Below are positions 46,684 to 56,111 of a DNA stretch of 64,000 nucleotides, piece after piece. The position numbers and the translations under genes were made by a program. Numbering within the stretch: position 1 is the first letter of the stretch; every line of letters begins with the position of its first letter. The notes beneath the pieces are model-generated. The model ran no database searches. It was not told the origin of the DNA and saw nothing but the letters and a program-made list of their open reading frames with translations. The stretch covers positions 942-64,941 of the forward strand of contig CAWVIV010000010.1 in assembly GCA_963929435.1 (NCBI GenBank), given 5' to 3'. Origin of the DNA: an uncultured Bacilli bacterium. GTDB taxonomy: Bacteria; Bacillota_I; Bacilli_A; RF39; UBA660.

Positions 46684-48414
46684 TTATATGTTATTATTAC
46701 TTACACTACTACTATCTCTTAAGTTTAAATAGTATTTATTATCTTCTAAAGACTTAGGTGAGCCATCGGCAACTTTCTTTCCTTTATCAATAATAATTAA
46801 ATGGTCGGCTTTATTCATTACATCTTTTTTATGAGTAATAATGATAACAGTATGAGTTTTAGATAACTCTTTAAAAACTTTAACTACTTTTCTAGTATTA
46901 GTAGAGTCTAGTGATGAAGTGACTTCATCAAAAAGTAATATTTCAGAGTTTGTTAAGATACTTCTTGTAATAGATAGAAGTTGTTTTAAGCTTGTAGATA
47001 TATTAGTACTATTTTCGGCAATAATAGTATTATAGCCTTTAGGCAATCTTAATATCTCATCATGTATACCTAGACTCTCGCATACTTCTTGACATCTTTT
47101 AAAGTTAGGTTCTACTAAAGTCAAATTATCTTTTATACTCATATTAAAGAGAATACTTTTTTGAGTTACAACACTGACATTAGTCTTATAAACATCTTTA
47201 GTATAATTATAAATATCTTCTTTATCAATTAATACTTTACCACTATCAGGTTTTATTAATCTTAAAATTATATTTAATATCGTGCTTTTCCCACTACCAC
47301 TACGTCCTACTATAGCGGTTAATTCATTAGGTTTAACTTTAAATGTTACATCTTTTAAGACTTGTTTATCTTGATATGAGGAATAAACATGACTAAATTC
47401 TAGACTGCCTTTAATATTATCTTCATCAACTGTATTTGTTATTTTATTATTTTTAGGACGATAATTTAAAAGGGAATAAATTCTTTCAACAGATACTCTA
47501 CAGTCTACGACATTTTTTACACAGGTTTGTAAGACATATTTTAGTTCTTGGTTTAACATAGTAAAGTATCCTATTACTAATACTATCTTATCAACAGAGT
47601 AGGCATTTTGAAATAATAGAAATAATGTAACTGCATAAATACTTACTTCTCCTAAATCTAATATTAATTGTAAAAAGTTTACCTGGATATCACTATATCT
47701 TCTTTTTAATCTATAGTTATGACAAAACTTTTTGTTTATAGTATTAAAATAATTATAGTACTTATCTTTTATGTCATATACTTTCATTTCCTCTAATGAT
47801 GATAATTCTTCTAGAAAGACACCAGCGATTTTATCTTGATATTTCCTTTGTTTATTTAAGTATTTCACGATTTTTTCATTAAATATCATCATAAAGATTA
47901 CATAAAGACTTGAGAATAAGAATACTACTAATCCTACTAAAGGAGAGGTTAGGGCCGTTAATATTACAATTACAACTATTCTAATAAAACCAATAATAAT
48001 ATCACTTAGGTTATCATTAATAGAAACTACTTTCCAGATATCACTAGATGAGCCTTGTAATACTTCATCTATATTTTTGTGTTTAGAAAACTCTAAGTCA
48101 TAGGTTGCCAGTTTATTAAAGACTTTTTCTTTTAATTTTACATAACAGTAATTTGAGTCTAAGGCTCCACCTTTATAATTCCAGTAGTAAAATATTACCT
48201 TGGCTGTTGCTGCGGCAAAGAAGTAAAATATCCATTTTAAGGCTTCATGATAGTCTCCTAATGTTAAATATTTAACAATACCTGAAGCGGTTAAAGGTAA
48301 AAGAATACTGGCGATGACTGCTAGAGCTTTTGATATAAAAATCATTGTATAATAGCCTTTATGAGGTTTAACACAAGACCAATATTTTTTATAAGTATCT
48401 ATCATTAATCTCAT
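46684..48414 (-). CDS. ABC exporter half-transporter (TMD-NBD) with a degenerate signature motif
   Basis: Walker A GRSGSGKST and Walker B LLFDEVTSSLD (catalytic E present). The signature region reads ISTSLKQ instead of LSGGQ. Confidence 0.85.
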   Translation of the reverse strand: MRLMIDTYKKYWSCVKPHKGYYTMIFISKALAVIASILLPLTASGIVKYLTLGDYHEALKWIFYFFAAATAKVIFYYWNYKGGALDSNYCYVKLKEKVFNKLATYDLEFSKHKNIDEVLQGSSSDIWKVVSINDNLSDIIIGFIRIVVIVILTALTSPLVGLVVFLFSSLYVIFMMIFNEKIVKYLNKQRKYQDKIAGVFLEELSSLEEMKVYDIKDKYYNYFNTINKKFCHNYRLKRRYSDIQVNFLQLILDLGEVSIYAVTLFLLFQNAYSVDKIVLVIGYFTMLNQELKYVLQTCVKNVVDCRVSVERIYSLLNYRPKNNKITNTVDEDNIKGSLEFSHVYSSYQDKQVLKDVTFKVKPNELTAIVGRSGSGKSTILNIILRLIKPDSGKVLIDKEDIYNYTKDVYKTNVSVVTQKSILFNMSIKDNLTLVEPNFKRCQEVCESLGIHDEILRLPKGYNTIIAENSTNISTSLKQLLSITRSILTNSEILLFDEVTSSLDSTNTRKVVKVFKELSKTHTVIIITHKKDVMNKADHLIIIDKGKKVADGSPKSLEDNKYYLNLRDSSSVSNNNI

Positions 48415-50087
48415 ATTAACACCTCACTTTCAGAGTCTATTTTTGATTTTAACTCTTCTAAAGACTTATAACTCTTTACTTTTCCTTTGTTTAAGTAAAA
48501 TATTTTATCGGCTTTATTTATTAAATCTTCTCTATTAGTTATAACTAAAATAGTATGGTCGGTTTTAAGTCTTACTAAAAGGTCTATAATTTCGTTAGTT
48601 GTTTTAGGGTCAAGGGATGCAGTTATATCATCCATGAGAAGAATTTCCGCATCTGTTAAAAGACTTCTAGCGATTGATAAGAGTTGTTTTTGTCCTCCTG
48701 AAAGGTTTGAGGCATTCCCAGTTAAAACAGTACTATAACCTTTAGGTAGGCTCATGATATGTTCATGTAATCCTACTTCTTTGATTACTTCTTCCTGTCT
48801 TTTTTTATTACTATTAACAAGGCGAAGATTATCTCTTATACTCATGTTGTAGATAAAAGGATTTTGTTTAACTAAGGTTATATTAGAAGCATAAATACTA
48901 TCACTATATTCATAAATATTAACACCATCTAAAAATATTTCACCATTATCTACTTTATAAAATCTTAATAATAAGTCAAAAAGAGTTGTTTTACCACTAC
49001 CAGATGGTCCAATAAAGACATTTAAAGTGTTAGGTTTTATCTTTAGATTAACATTATCTAAAACATATTTAGAATTATATTTATAACTTACATTTTTAAA
49101 GACAATAGAACCATATATTTCATCATTTTCATATTTGCCAAAAAGATTTGATAAATCATCCTCATAGGTTAAGGCTTCATTTACTCTTTTAACAGAGACA
49201 TGATATTCTTTTATTTCACGATAAGATGATACTAATTCTGTTAAGTTCTCTATTAACTGGTCATAGTAACCAATAATTAAGATTACTAGGTCAATAGTAG
49301 CATTAAATTTGACCATAAAGATTAATAAAACAAGATATAAAATAAACTTTGTATATTGAGGTATTAAAGTACTAGTATTTTCATTTCTTGCAAAGTATTT
49401 ACGTTTTTTAAAGTAGGCTTTAGTATATCTATTTAGTTTAGTTTGTAACTTTTTATAAAGATTATCTTTTATAGGAAGTGTCTTTATTTCTTTTAAGGCA
49501 TTTAACTCTTCTACATAAGTAGAATTAATAGTATCATTATGTTTTTTTTGTTCTTTTAAATATCTAGAGTACTTATCCATATTTTTGGTCATGAAGATAA
49601 TATATATTATTAAGGAAATAACTGTGATAATGGCAAAGATAAAATGGGCTTTAAAGATTAATATTACGGTTAAGATAATCATAAAGATTGTAGAAATATA
49701 TACGGTTATAGAATCCAATAGATAACAGAAGCTTGGAATATCATCTCCTACTAAGCTTAACATTTTACCATTATCTAGAGTCTTAGATATTTTTCTTGAT
49801 GAAGTACATATTTTATTAAATAGTTTTTTATGAATAGTATCACTGTAATAAGCTTGAAGAAAACTATAGATATAGTAGTTAAAATACCAGATAACTTCAT
49901 AAGCAATGTAGGCAATTGCTAGATAAAGGGTATAAGTATATGCTAGGGTATTACCATCGGTTGCATACTTTATTATTTGACTGGCAAAATAAGGAAATAG
50001 TGCCATAACTACATAACCTAAGATACATGATAAAAAGAAAAGAAAGGTCATAAACTTCTTAAAAGGTACTACTTTAAAATCAATCAA
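48411..50087 (-). CDS. ABC exporter half-transporter (TMD-NBD) lacking the catalytic Glu; 5' end separated by the IS200/IS605 element
   Basis: Walker A GPSGSGKTT, signature LSGGQKQ and Walker B LLMDDITASLD (D instead of E). It overlaps the downstream partner by 4 nt. The track start is a TTG abutting the IS. Confidence 0.8.
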   Translation of the reverse strand: MIDFKVVPFKKFMTFLFFLSCILGYVVMALFPYFASQIIKYATDGNTLAYTYTLYLAIAYIAYEVIWYFNYYIYSFLQAYYSDTIHKKLFNKICTSSRKISKTLDNGKMLSLVGDDIPSFCYLLDSITVYISTIFMIILTVILIFKAHFIFAIITVISLIIYIIFMTKNMDKYSRYLKEQKKHNDTINSTYVEELNALKEIKTLPIKDNLYKKLQTKLNRYTKAYFKKRKYFARNENTSTLIPQYTKFILYLVLLIFMVKFNATIDLVILIIGYYDQLIENLTELVSSYREIKEYHVSVKRVNEALTYEDDLSNLFGKYENDEIYGSIVFKNVSYKYNSKYVLDNVNLKIKPNTLNVFIGPSGSGKTTLFDLLLRFYKVDNGEIFLDGVNIYEYSDSIYASNITLVKQNPFIYNMSIRDNLRLVNSNKKRQEEVIKEVGLHEHIMSLPKGYSTVLTGNASNLSGGQKQLLSIARSLLTDAEILLMDDITASLDPKTTNEIIDLLVRLKTDHTILVITNREDLINKADKIFYLNKGKVKSYKSLEELKSKIDSESEVLI

Positions 50088-50672
50088 CCACCCTGCACTG
50101 AAAGTACAGGGTTTGATGTGAGGACTGGAACTCCTTCTATGCTAAAGCATACTATTGCCATCATTTACAAATATATCTTCTATTCCATTCTTTTGATTTT
50201 CAATATATTCTTCTATAGTTTGTCTAGTTACTTGCCCTACACTTCTACAAAAATATCCTGTCGCCCACATATGTTGTCCCCAAAATTGCTTCCTTAATTT
50301 TGGAAATTCCTCTTGTAACTTTTTAGAGCTTCTTCCTTTTAGATATTGCATTACTTGTGCTACTGACAAGGTTGGTGGAATACTTAACAACAAATGCACA
50401 TGTTCTGGTTGTATATTACCTCTTATTATTGTTATTCCTTTTGCCGAACAACCTTGCATCAGTAGCTCTTTTAATCTATACGCAATTTTGTATGTTAATA
50501 TTTTCTTTCTATATTTTGTTATCCATACTACATGTATTTGCACATCATACTGTGTGTGGGCTCCTTTTTGCATCTTTCTCACCTCTGTTTTATCTTACTA
50601 CTTTTTATTTACAAAGGCTAGTCCTCAAAGGATTTATGTGACTGAAAGTCAATGGATATTATCCGCCAGTGC
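50081..50672 (-). mobile_element. IS200/IS605-family element (TnpA only); exact ends uncertain
   Basis: Y1 transposase gene flanked by related subterminal hairpins CCCTGCACT-GAA-AGTACAGGG (50091-50111) and TGACT-GAA-AGTCA (50639-50651). Confidence 0.7.
50142..50582 (-). CDS. tnpA: IS200/IS605-family Y1 (HUH) transposase TnpA
   Basis: 146 aa with YDVQIHVVWITKYRKKIL, EHVHLLLSIPP (HUH) and WATGYFCRSVG (catalytic Tyr region). Confidence 0.9.
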   Translation of the reverse strand: MRKMQKGAHTQYDVQIHVVWITKYRKKILTYKIAYRLKELLMQGCSAKGITIIRGNIQPEHVHLLLSIPPTLSVAQVMQYLKGRSSKKLQEEFPKLRKQFWGQHMWATGYFCRSVGQVTRQTIEEYIENQKNGIEDIFVNDGNSML

Positions 50673-50771
50673 CTAGCATATTATATACTTCTTTTAAATA
50701 CTTCATAACTACACTCCTATACTTATAGGATAATTATAACAAAAAAATAAAAAGAACTAAATATTTTAGTT

Positions 50772-51221
50772 TTAGTTCTCTTCTAATTCATCTTCATCGA
50801 CAACAACTAAATCTTTTAAATCTTCATTAGCATCATCATAGTCATCATCTTCATCTGTATCACCAGAGTCATAATTATCTTCCTCTTCTTCATCTGGTAA
50901 GATAGTATCTTCTTTAATTTCTTCTTCCTCATCTTCTTCGTCTTCATCTTCTGTTACTTTAACGATTTTATCAGAGGTATGACGACTTCTTAGGTCCCAA
51001 CAACCATCTTCTAGTAAGATAAATCTCTTATCAGTTGTAAGAAGGGTATAATAGTCACCTATTTTTTCTTCAAAAGTTTTATCAGGAAGTTCTAGTAATG
51101 TTACTACTTTTTTGAAAAGGTCAGCAGTATTCATTTTACCTTCTTCTTCTAATATATAATATGTTATATCCTTATGTGACAGTAGTTCTAAATCTTCTTT
51201 TTTCATTTTAGCTAACTTCAT
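50772..51221 (-). CDS. rpoE: RNA polymerase delta subunit
   Basis: N-terminal HARE-HTH-like domain (..DITYYILEEEGKMNTADLF..YYTLLTTDKRFILLEDGCWDLR) plus a long poly-D/E tail. Confidence 0.85.
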   Translation of the reverse strand: MKLAKMKKEDLELLSHKDITYYILEEEGKMNTADLFKKVVTLLELPDKTFEEKIGDYYTLLTTDKRFILLEDGCWDLRSRHTSDKIVKVTEDEDEEDEEEEIKEDTILPDEEEEDNYDSGDTDEDDDYDDANEDLKDLVVVDEDELEEN

Positions 51222-51342
51222 AAAAATTCCTCCTATAGCTAAGACATTATATGTAATAATTTTTTATTTGTGTATTAAATCAGATAAAGTTATAGCATGA
51301 ATTTATATAAAAGGCAATACTTTTTTATACATTTATATTTTT

Positions 51343-53085
51343 TTACATTTTCTCTGGTACTTCAATTGCTAGTATATCAAGCAATTCTTCATTAGTTTCT
51401 TTAACTAGTTTTGTTAATGTAAGCCAGCTTTCTCTTACCTTTTCATCACTTTCAGTTAAGATGTGGTTCTCCTCATAAAACCTACTGTATAAACTTGTCA
51501 AGTTATATAGATAATCTGCTATAGAACTTAAATCTTTATTATTATAAGCTTTATGTAAAATATTATTCTTCTCCATTAATAAAAGTATTATTTCTTTTTC
51601 AGTATCTGTTGGTTTATTATAGTAGTTACTATAGTTTATACCTTGTGCTTCTGCTTTATTCAAGATAGATTTCATTCTGATAGTATTATATAAAATGTAT
51701 GGACCAGTTTTTCCTTCTACATCGATGAATTTACTAGGTTCAAAGATATAATCTGTTGTTCTATTAGGTAAGAAGTCAGCATATTTAATGGCTGCGATAG
51801 CGATTTTTTCAGCAGTTTCTTCTTTATTATCCATATCTTTATTCATGTGAGTAAGTATTTCTTCTTTAACACTCTTGATAAGCCCTTTTAATGTGGCTGC
51901 ATTACCATCTCTTGTTTTAAATGGTTTACCATCTGTTCCATTCATTGTGCCAAAGCCATAATACTCTAAAACTGTATCTTTAGGGACAAGACCTGTTTTA
52001 TATGATGCCCTAAAAACTTGTTCAAAATATAATCCTTGACGCATATCTACTACATACCATATTTCTTTAGGATTAAATCTTTTCATACGAGAAGTGATAG
52101 TTGCTAGTTCCCTTGTAGCATAAAGAGTTGCACCATTACTTTTAATAACAACAAGGGGTGGCATAGGTGCTTTATCATCATCTTCTATTACTTCAACTAT
52201 TTTTGCACCTTCACTATCGATTAAATAACCTGATTTTTCCATGATATCAATAGTTTCTTTAATGTAAGGAAAAGCATCACTTTCTCCTTCCCATAAATCA
52301 AAGTCGGCATTTAATTCTTTATAAATGCTTTTTATATCTTCTATTGATAAGGATTTTATCTTATCCCAAAGAGCAACATAACCTTTATTTTTACCTGATT
52401 CTAACTCAGCGGTTATTTCTCTTACTTCATTCATTATATCTTCATTTTCTTTAGCTTTATTGCTTGCAGTAGGATAGATTTCTTCTAAGTCTTTTCCTGT
52501 TATAGGTAATTCATCCCAAGTAGTTTCCTCTTTTCCACTAAAGTAATTAAGATTAGGATATCTTTGTTTTAGTTCATAGATTACCATTCCAGACTGACGA
52601 CCAATATCGCCAAAGTGAACATCTGATATTACTTCTTTACCAAGGTGTCTTGCTAACCTTTTTATAGCTTCCCCAATATTTGCACTTCTTAAGTGTCCTA
52701 CATGAAGAGTTTTAGCGATATTCGCACCACCATAGTCGATGATAATTCTTTCTTCATTAAGTTTTTCCACATCTTTTGTGGAACTCATAATAACTTTTTC
52801 CACATATTCTGTTAATAACTCATCTTTAAAGCTTAAGTTAATAAAACCGGCACCTGCGATATTTATATTTTTGAAGTATCCTGTTTCTTCTAGACATTTA
52901 ACTAAGTCTTCGGCAATATCTCTTGGTGACTTATGCATGATTTTAGCAAGTTTCATAGCATCATTAATTTGATAGTCACCTAACTCTTTTTTACTACTTG
53001 TTATTAATTGTACTTCATCAAGGGGAATACCCTTTTCCTTAAATTTATCTAATATATCTTTTTCCACAGTATTTAAAAAATTCAT
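51343..53085 (-). CDS. argS: Arginyl-tRNA synthetase
   Basis: 580 aa with the HVGHLRS (HIGH) motif, a DALR anticodon-binding end and the C-terminal ..VPEKM. Confidence 0.92.
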   Translation of the reverse strand: MNFLNTVEKDILDKFKEKGIPLDEVQLITSSKKELGDYQINDAMKLAKIMHKSPRDIAEDLVKCLEETGYFKNINIAGAGFINLSFKDELLTEYVEKVIMSSTKDVEKLNEERIIIDYGGANIAKTLHVGHLRSANIGEAIKRLARHLGKEVISDVHFGDIGRQSGMVIYELKQRYPNLNYFSGKEETTWDELPITGKDLEEIYPTASNKAKENEDIMNEVREITAELESGKNKGYVALWDKIKSLSIEDIKSIYKELNADFDLWEGESDAFPYIKETIDIMEKSGYLIDSEGAKIVEVIEDDDKAPMPPLVVIKSNGATLYATRELATITSRMKRFNPKEIWYVVDMRQGLYFEQVFRASYKTGLVPKDTVLEYYGFGTMNGTDGKPFKTRDGNAATLKGLIKSVKEEILTHMNKDMDNKEETAEKIAIAAIKYADFLPNRTTDYIFEPSKFIDVEGKTGPYILYNTIRMKSILNKAEAQGINYSNYYNKPTDTEKEIILLLMEKNNILHKAYNNKDLSSIADYLYNLTSLYSRFYEENHILTESDEKVRESWLTLTKLVKETNEELLDILAIEVPEKM

Positions 53086-53097
53086 AATATCCTCCTT

Positions 53098-54081
53098 CTA
53101 TAAATCTTTATAATAAATCATTTTTGTCTTTATGTCACTTAAATTATTTTCAGCAAGTTCTATTAAGACTCCACCTTTTAATTCTTCTTTACCGTAAGCA
53201 CTATATCCTGCACTACCTGTCATTTGAAATTTAATATTACAGAATGTACCAGAGAATGTATCTTCATGGCTATGTGATGATATAATTGCTTTTACATCTC
53301 CACGTTCTAAAATACTTGTGAATAGTCCTGAGTTTAAAGCACCTATACGTAGTCTTTCACCACTTTCTCCTATTAAATTTGTTTCTTTGGGATTTTTTTT
53401 GATATTGTCTGTTTCCCATAAAGAAATATGTGTAAAAAGAATAGCAGGTACTTTTTTATTATTATATTTTTCTAAATTTTCACTTGTCTCATAATACCAT
53501 TTAATTTGACTAAAATGAATGAAATCCCATTCTGCTGATAGACTACTAACATTAGGAAGATTTGTTTTTTCTCTCATATTTGGAAATGAATCATCTATTC
53601 TATTATTGCAGTCTAAAGCGAATAGATTAAAGATAATCTTTTTACCTTTAGAATCTTTTATAGGTAAAACAAAGTTGGTAGTTCCTTTAACTGTACTATC
53701 AGTATGTTTAGAAAGACAATAATCATAACTCTCATATATTTCCTGTTTTATATCATCATCTATTTTTAAATCGTGTTCATGATTACCAAAAACATGAGCC
53801 CAAGGAATTTGTCTTTTTTCCATTGGTTCTGTGAAGATATCTAAATACTTCTTTAATTCTTCTTTATCCTTTATAATAGTTCCATCAAATATATCTCCAT
53901 TTAACATAATAAAATCAGGCTTTATTTTATCTATTAGTTTTTTCATATCTTCTAGTGTCTTTCTATTATAATTTAAGCTTTCTTGAATATCTGATAAAAC
54001 TAAAATTTTAAATTTCTTATCTTGATTAAACTTTAATTCTTTTTTTGTCTTTAAATTATACCTAAAACTTCTATTTATCAT
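53098..54081 (-). CDS. Calcineurin-like metallophosphoesterase
   Basis: Has LVLSDIQ, LNGDIFDG, GNHEHD, FTHISL and SSHSHED. It overlaps the upstream P-loop gene. Confidence 0.75.
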   Translation of the reverse strand: MINRSFRYNLKTKKELKFNQDKKFKILVLSDIQESLNYNRKTLEDMKKLIDKIKPDFIMLNGDIFDGTIIKDKEELKKYLDIFTEPMEKRQIPWAHVFGNHEHDLKIDDDIKQEIYESYDYCLSKHTDSTVKGTTNFVLPIKDSKGKKIIFNLFALDCNNRIDDSFPNMREKTNLPNVSSLSAEWDFIHFSQIKWYYETSENLEKYNNKKVPAILFTHISLWETDNIKKNPKETNLIGESGERLRIGALNSGLFTSILERGDVKAIISSHSHEDTFSGTFCNIKFQMTGSAGYSAYGKEELKGGVLIELAENNLSDIKTKMIYYKDL

Positions 54082-54571
54082 CTATTAATCCTTCTTCCTT
54101 AAGATAATCTTCTAGATATTTATCTTTATCTAAAATAACTAAAGGACAGTTATAATCTTCTTCTTTATAACTCCATGTATCAAAATACCCCATAACTAGA
54201 TTAATTAATTCTTGACTATTACGACGACTTTTATATCTTTCTAACAGTATTTCTTTAGAATCTTTACTTGGTAAGATAAAAGTATAATCTATATCATTTT
54301 TCTCTAATAGTTCTCTAATATCAGGTGAAGATGCTACTAAAATAATATCATACTTATTAGAAGTTTCTTTTATTGTATTTATAAAATTATTAGGCCAGTT
54401 AGGATTAACTTTTCTATTAGGTGTTTCTTTTAGTTTCTCATAATCTTCTTTTTTTATATTAGTATAATCATAGCGATAAGGATTACTTTGTAAATCTAGA
54501 ACATTTGAATATTTCTTTCCAACATATGTCTTTCCTAATCCTGCAAAAACACTAAATACTTTCGCTCTCAT
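54071..54571 (-). CDS. Small P-loop NTPase/kinase-like protein
   Basis: 166 aa. N-terminal VFSVFAGLGKTYVGKK (Walker A-like) and a later IILVASS (Walker B-like hydrophobic strand). Confidence 0.45.
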   Translation of the reverse strand: MRAKVFSVFAGLGKTYVGKKYSNVLDLQSNPYRYDYTNIKKEDYEKLKETPNRKVNPNWPNNFINTIKETSNKYDIILVASSPDIRELLEKNDIDYTFILPSKDSKEILLERYKSRRNSQELINLVMGYFDTWSYKEEDYNCPLVILDKDKYLEDYLKEEGLIDDK

Positions 54572-54600
54572 AATACTCTCCTTTCATTTTTATGGATTTT

Positions 54601-55605
54601 TTAATCTAATACTTTCTCTACTTCGCTTATTAACTGTTCTTTATTTGGAATATAATATGTATATGTTGAAGCGAAAATATTATTTGATAGCCCCCCTAAA
54701 GCATATTCCATATCAATTTCTTTTTTACCTTTACAAAGTATTATACCTATTGGTTTATTATCATAATCATCATTTATTTCAGAATCATAATAATTTAAGT
54801 ACATATTCATTTGACCTGCATATTCTGGTTTCATTTTTCCTATTTTTAAATCAATTAGAACATAACATTTTAATATCTTATTGTAAAAAACCATATCAAC
54901 ATAATAGTGAGTATTTCCAAGAGTTATTCTTTGTTGTGTACCCACAAACATAAAACCTTTACCAAGTTCAAGCAAAAAATCTTCCATATGTTTCACTAGT
55001 TTTCTTTCTAAATCTTTTTCTAAAATAGGCTTTGGCTCTTTAATATCTAAAAATTCAAATACGTATGGTTCTTTCAAAATATCCTCTGGTGTTGTTAAAG
55101 TTTGCCCTTCTTTTGATAGAGCATATACTTTTTCTTTATTATTCTTGCCTTCAGATAATAATAATCTTTCAAATAATGAAGTATCTATTTGTCTTTTAAG
55201 TTCCCTAACACTCCAGTTAGAGTTTATACATTCCTTTTCATAAAAATTTCTTTCATCTTCATTTTCAATGCTTAATAGTTCACAATAGTGTGACCAACTT
55301 AATTTTCCAGACAGTGTCTGGAATTTTGGATATGTTATATAAAATCTACGCATATTAAATAAATTACTAACTGAAAAACCAGAACCTAATATTTTTCTTA
55401 ATTCTTTTGATAGTTCTTTCATTACTTGTTTCCCATATTCGGCTTTTATATTACCATTTTGTTCGTTTTCTACTATTATTTTTCCAACGTTCCAATATGC
55501 TAGTAACATTGTATTATTTACTTCATAAGCAACTTTTTGCCTGCTACTAACAATTACTTCTTTTATATCTTCTATTATTTTTTTATCAAATGTTAAACTT
55601 TGCAT
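54601..55605 (-). CDS. YhcG/DUF1016-family PD-(D/E)XK nuclease-like protein
   Basis: Has LLAYWNVGKII..EYGKQVMKELSKEL..GFSVSNLFNMRRFY..LSWSHY and a C-terminal YYVDMVFYN...VLIDLKIGK (D..(D/E)xK). Confidence 0.7.
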   Translation of the reverse strand: MQSLTFDKKIIEDIKEVIVSSRQKVAYEVNNTMLLAYWNVGKIIVENEQNGNIKAEYGKQVMKELSKELRKILGSGFSVSNLFNMRRFYITYPKFQTLSGKLSWSHYCELLSIENEDERNFYEKECINSNWSVRELKRQIDTSLFERLLLSEGKNNKEKVYALSKEGQTLTTPEDILKEPYVFEFLDIKEPKPILEKDLERKLVKHMEDFLLELGKGFMFVGTQQRITLGNTHYYVDMVFYNKILKCYVLIDLKIGKMKPEYAGQMNMYLNYYDSEINDDYDNKPIGIILCKGKKEIDMEYALGGLSNNIFASTYTYYIPNKEQLISEVEKVLD

Positions 55606-55632
55606 AAGTAGTTCCTCCTAGTCTTAAAAATA

Positions 55633-55995
55633 TTACAATATCCTCCATTCTACTTTAAACTCATGTTTAAAGTCATTACCATCTATTTGATATATAACTT
55701 CATACGTAGTATTATCTTTATTTATATTAAAGGTTTTCATAGGAACAAAACCTGTTTGTTTTAAATCTTTTAAAAACACTTCAAAATTAGTTTTTTCATT
55801 TTCCACAAATTTATAACTTAATATAGTATCTTCTGTTTCTCGTAGCATAATATTATCATCAAGAAAGATAGTTAAAACAGCTTTGTTATCTTGATACTGT
55901 ATTAAGTTTTTCTTTTCATCAAATGTTCCTTTACCTTCAAAAGGTAATTCTTCATCTTTGTTTTTTATTTTCGCTTTTATAAATACATCTTTCAT
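55633..55995 (-). CDS. DUF1934 (YwiB-like) beta-barrel protein
   Basis: Start MKDVFIKAKIKNKD after AAAGGAG. This family usually sits immediately upstream of argS in Firmicutes. Confidence 0.6.
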   Translation of the reverse strand: MKDVFIKAKIKNKDEELPFEGKGTFDEKKNLIQYQDNKAVLTIFLDDNIMLRETEDTILSYKFVENEKTNFEVFLKDLKQTGFVPMKTFNINKDNTTYEVIYQIDGNDFKHEFKVEWRIL

Positions 55996-56111
55996 AGATA
56001 ATCTCCTTTTTCTGCTAAGATTATAACAAAAAAGTGTTAAAGTTACAACTTTTTTGGTGTGAATGATAGTTTTTTTGGACATGATAAATAAAGAAAGGGA
56101 TTTGATATGTT

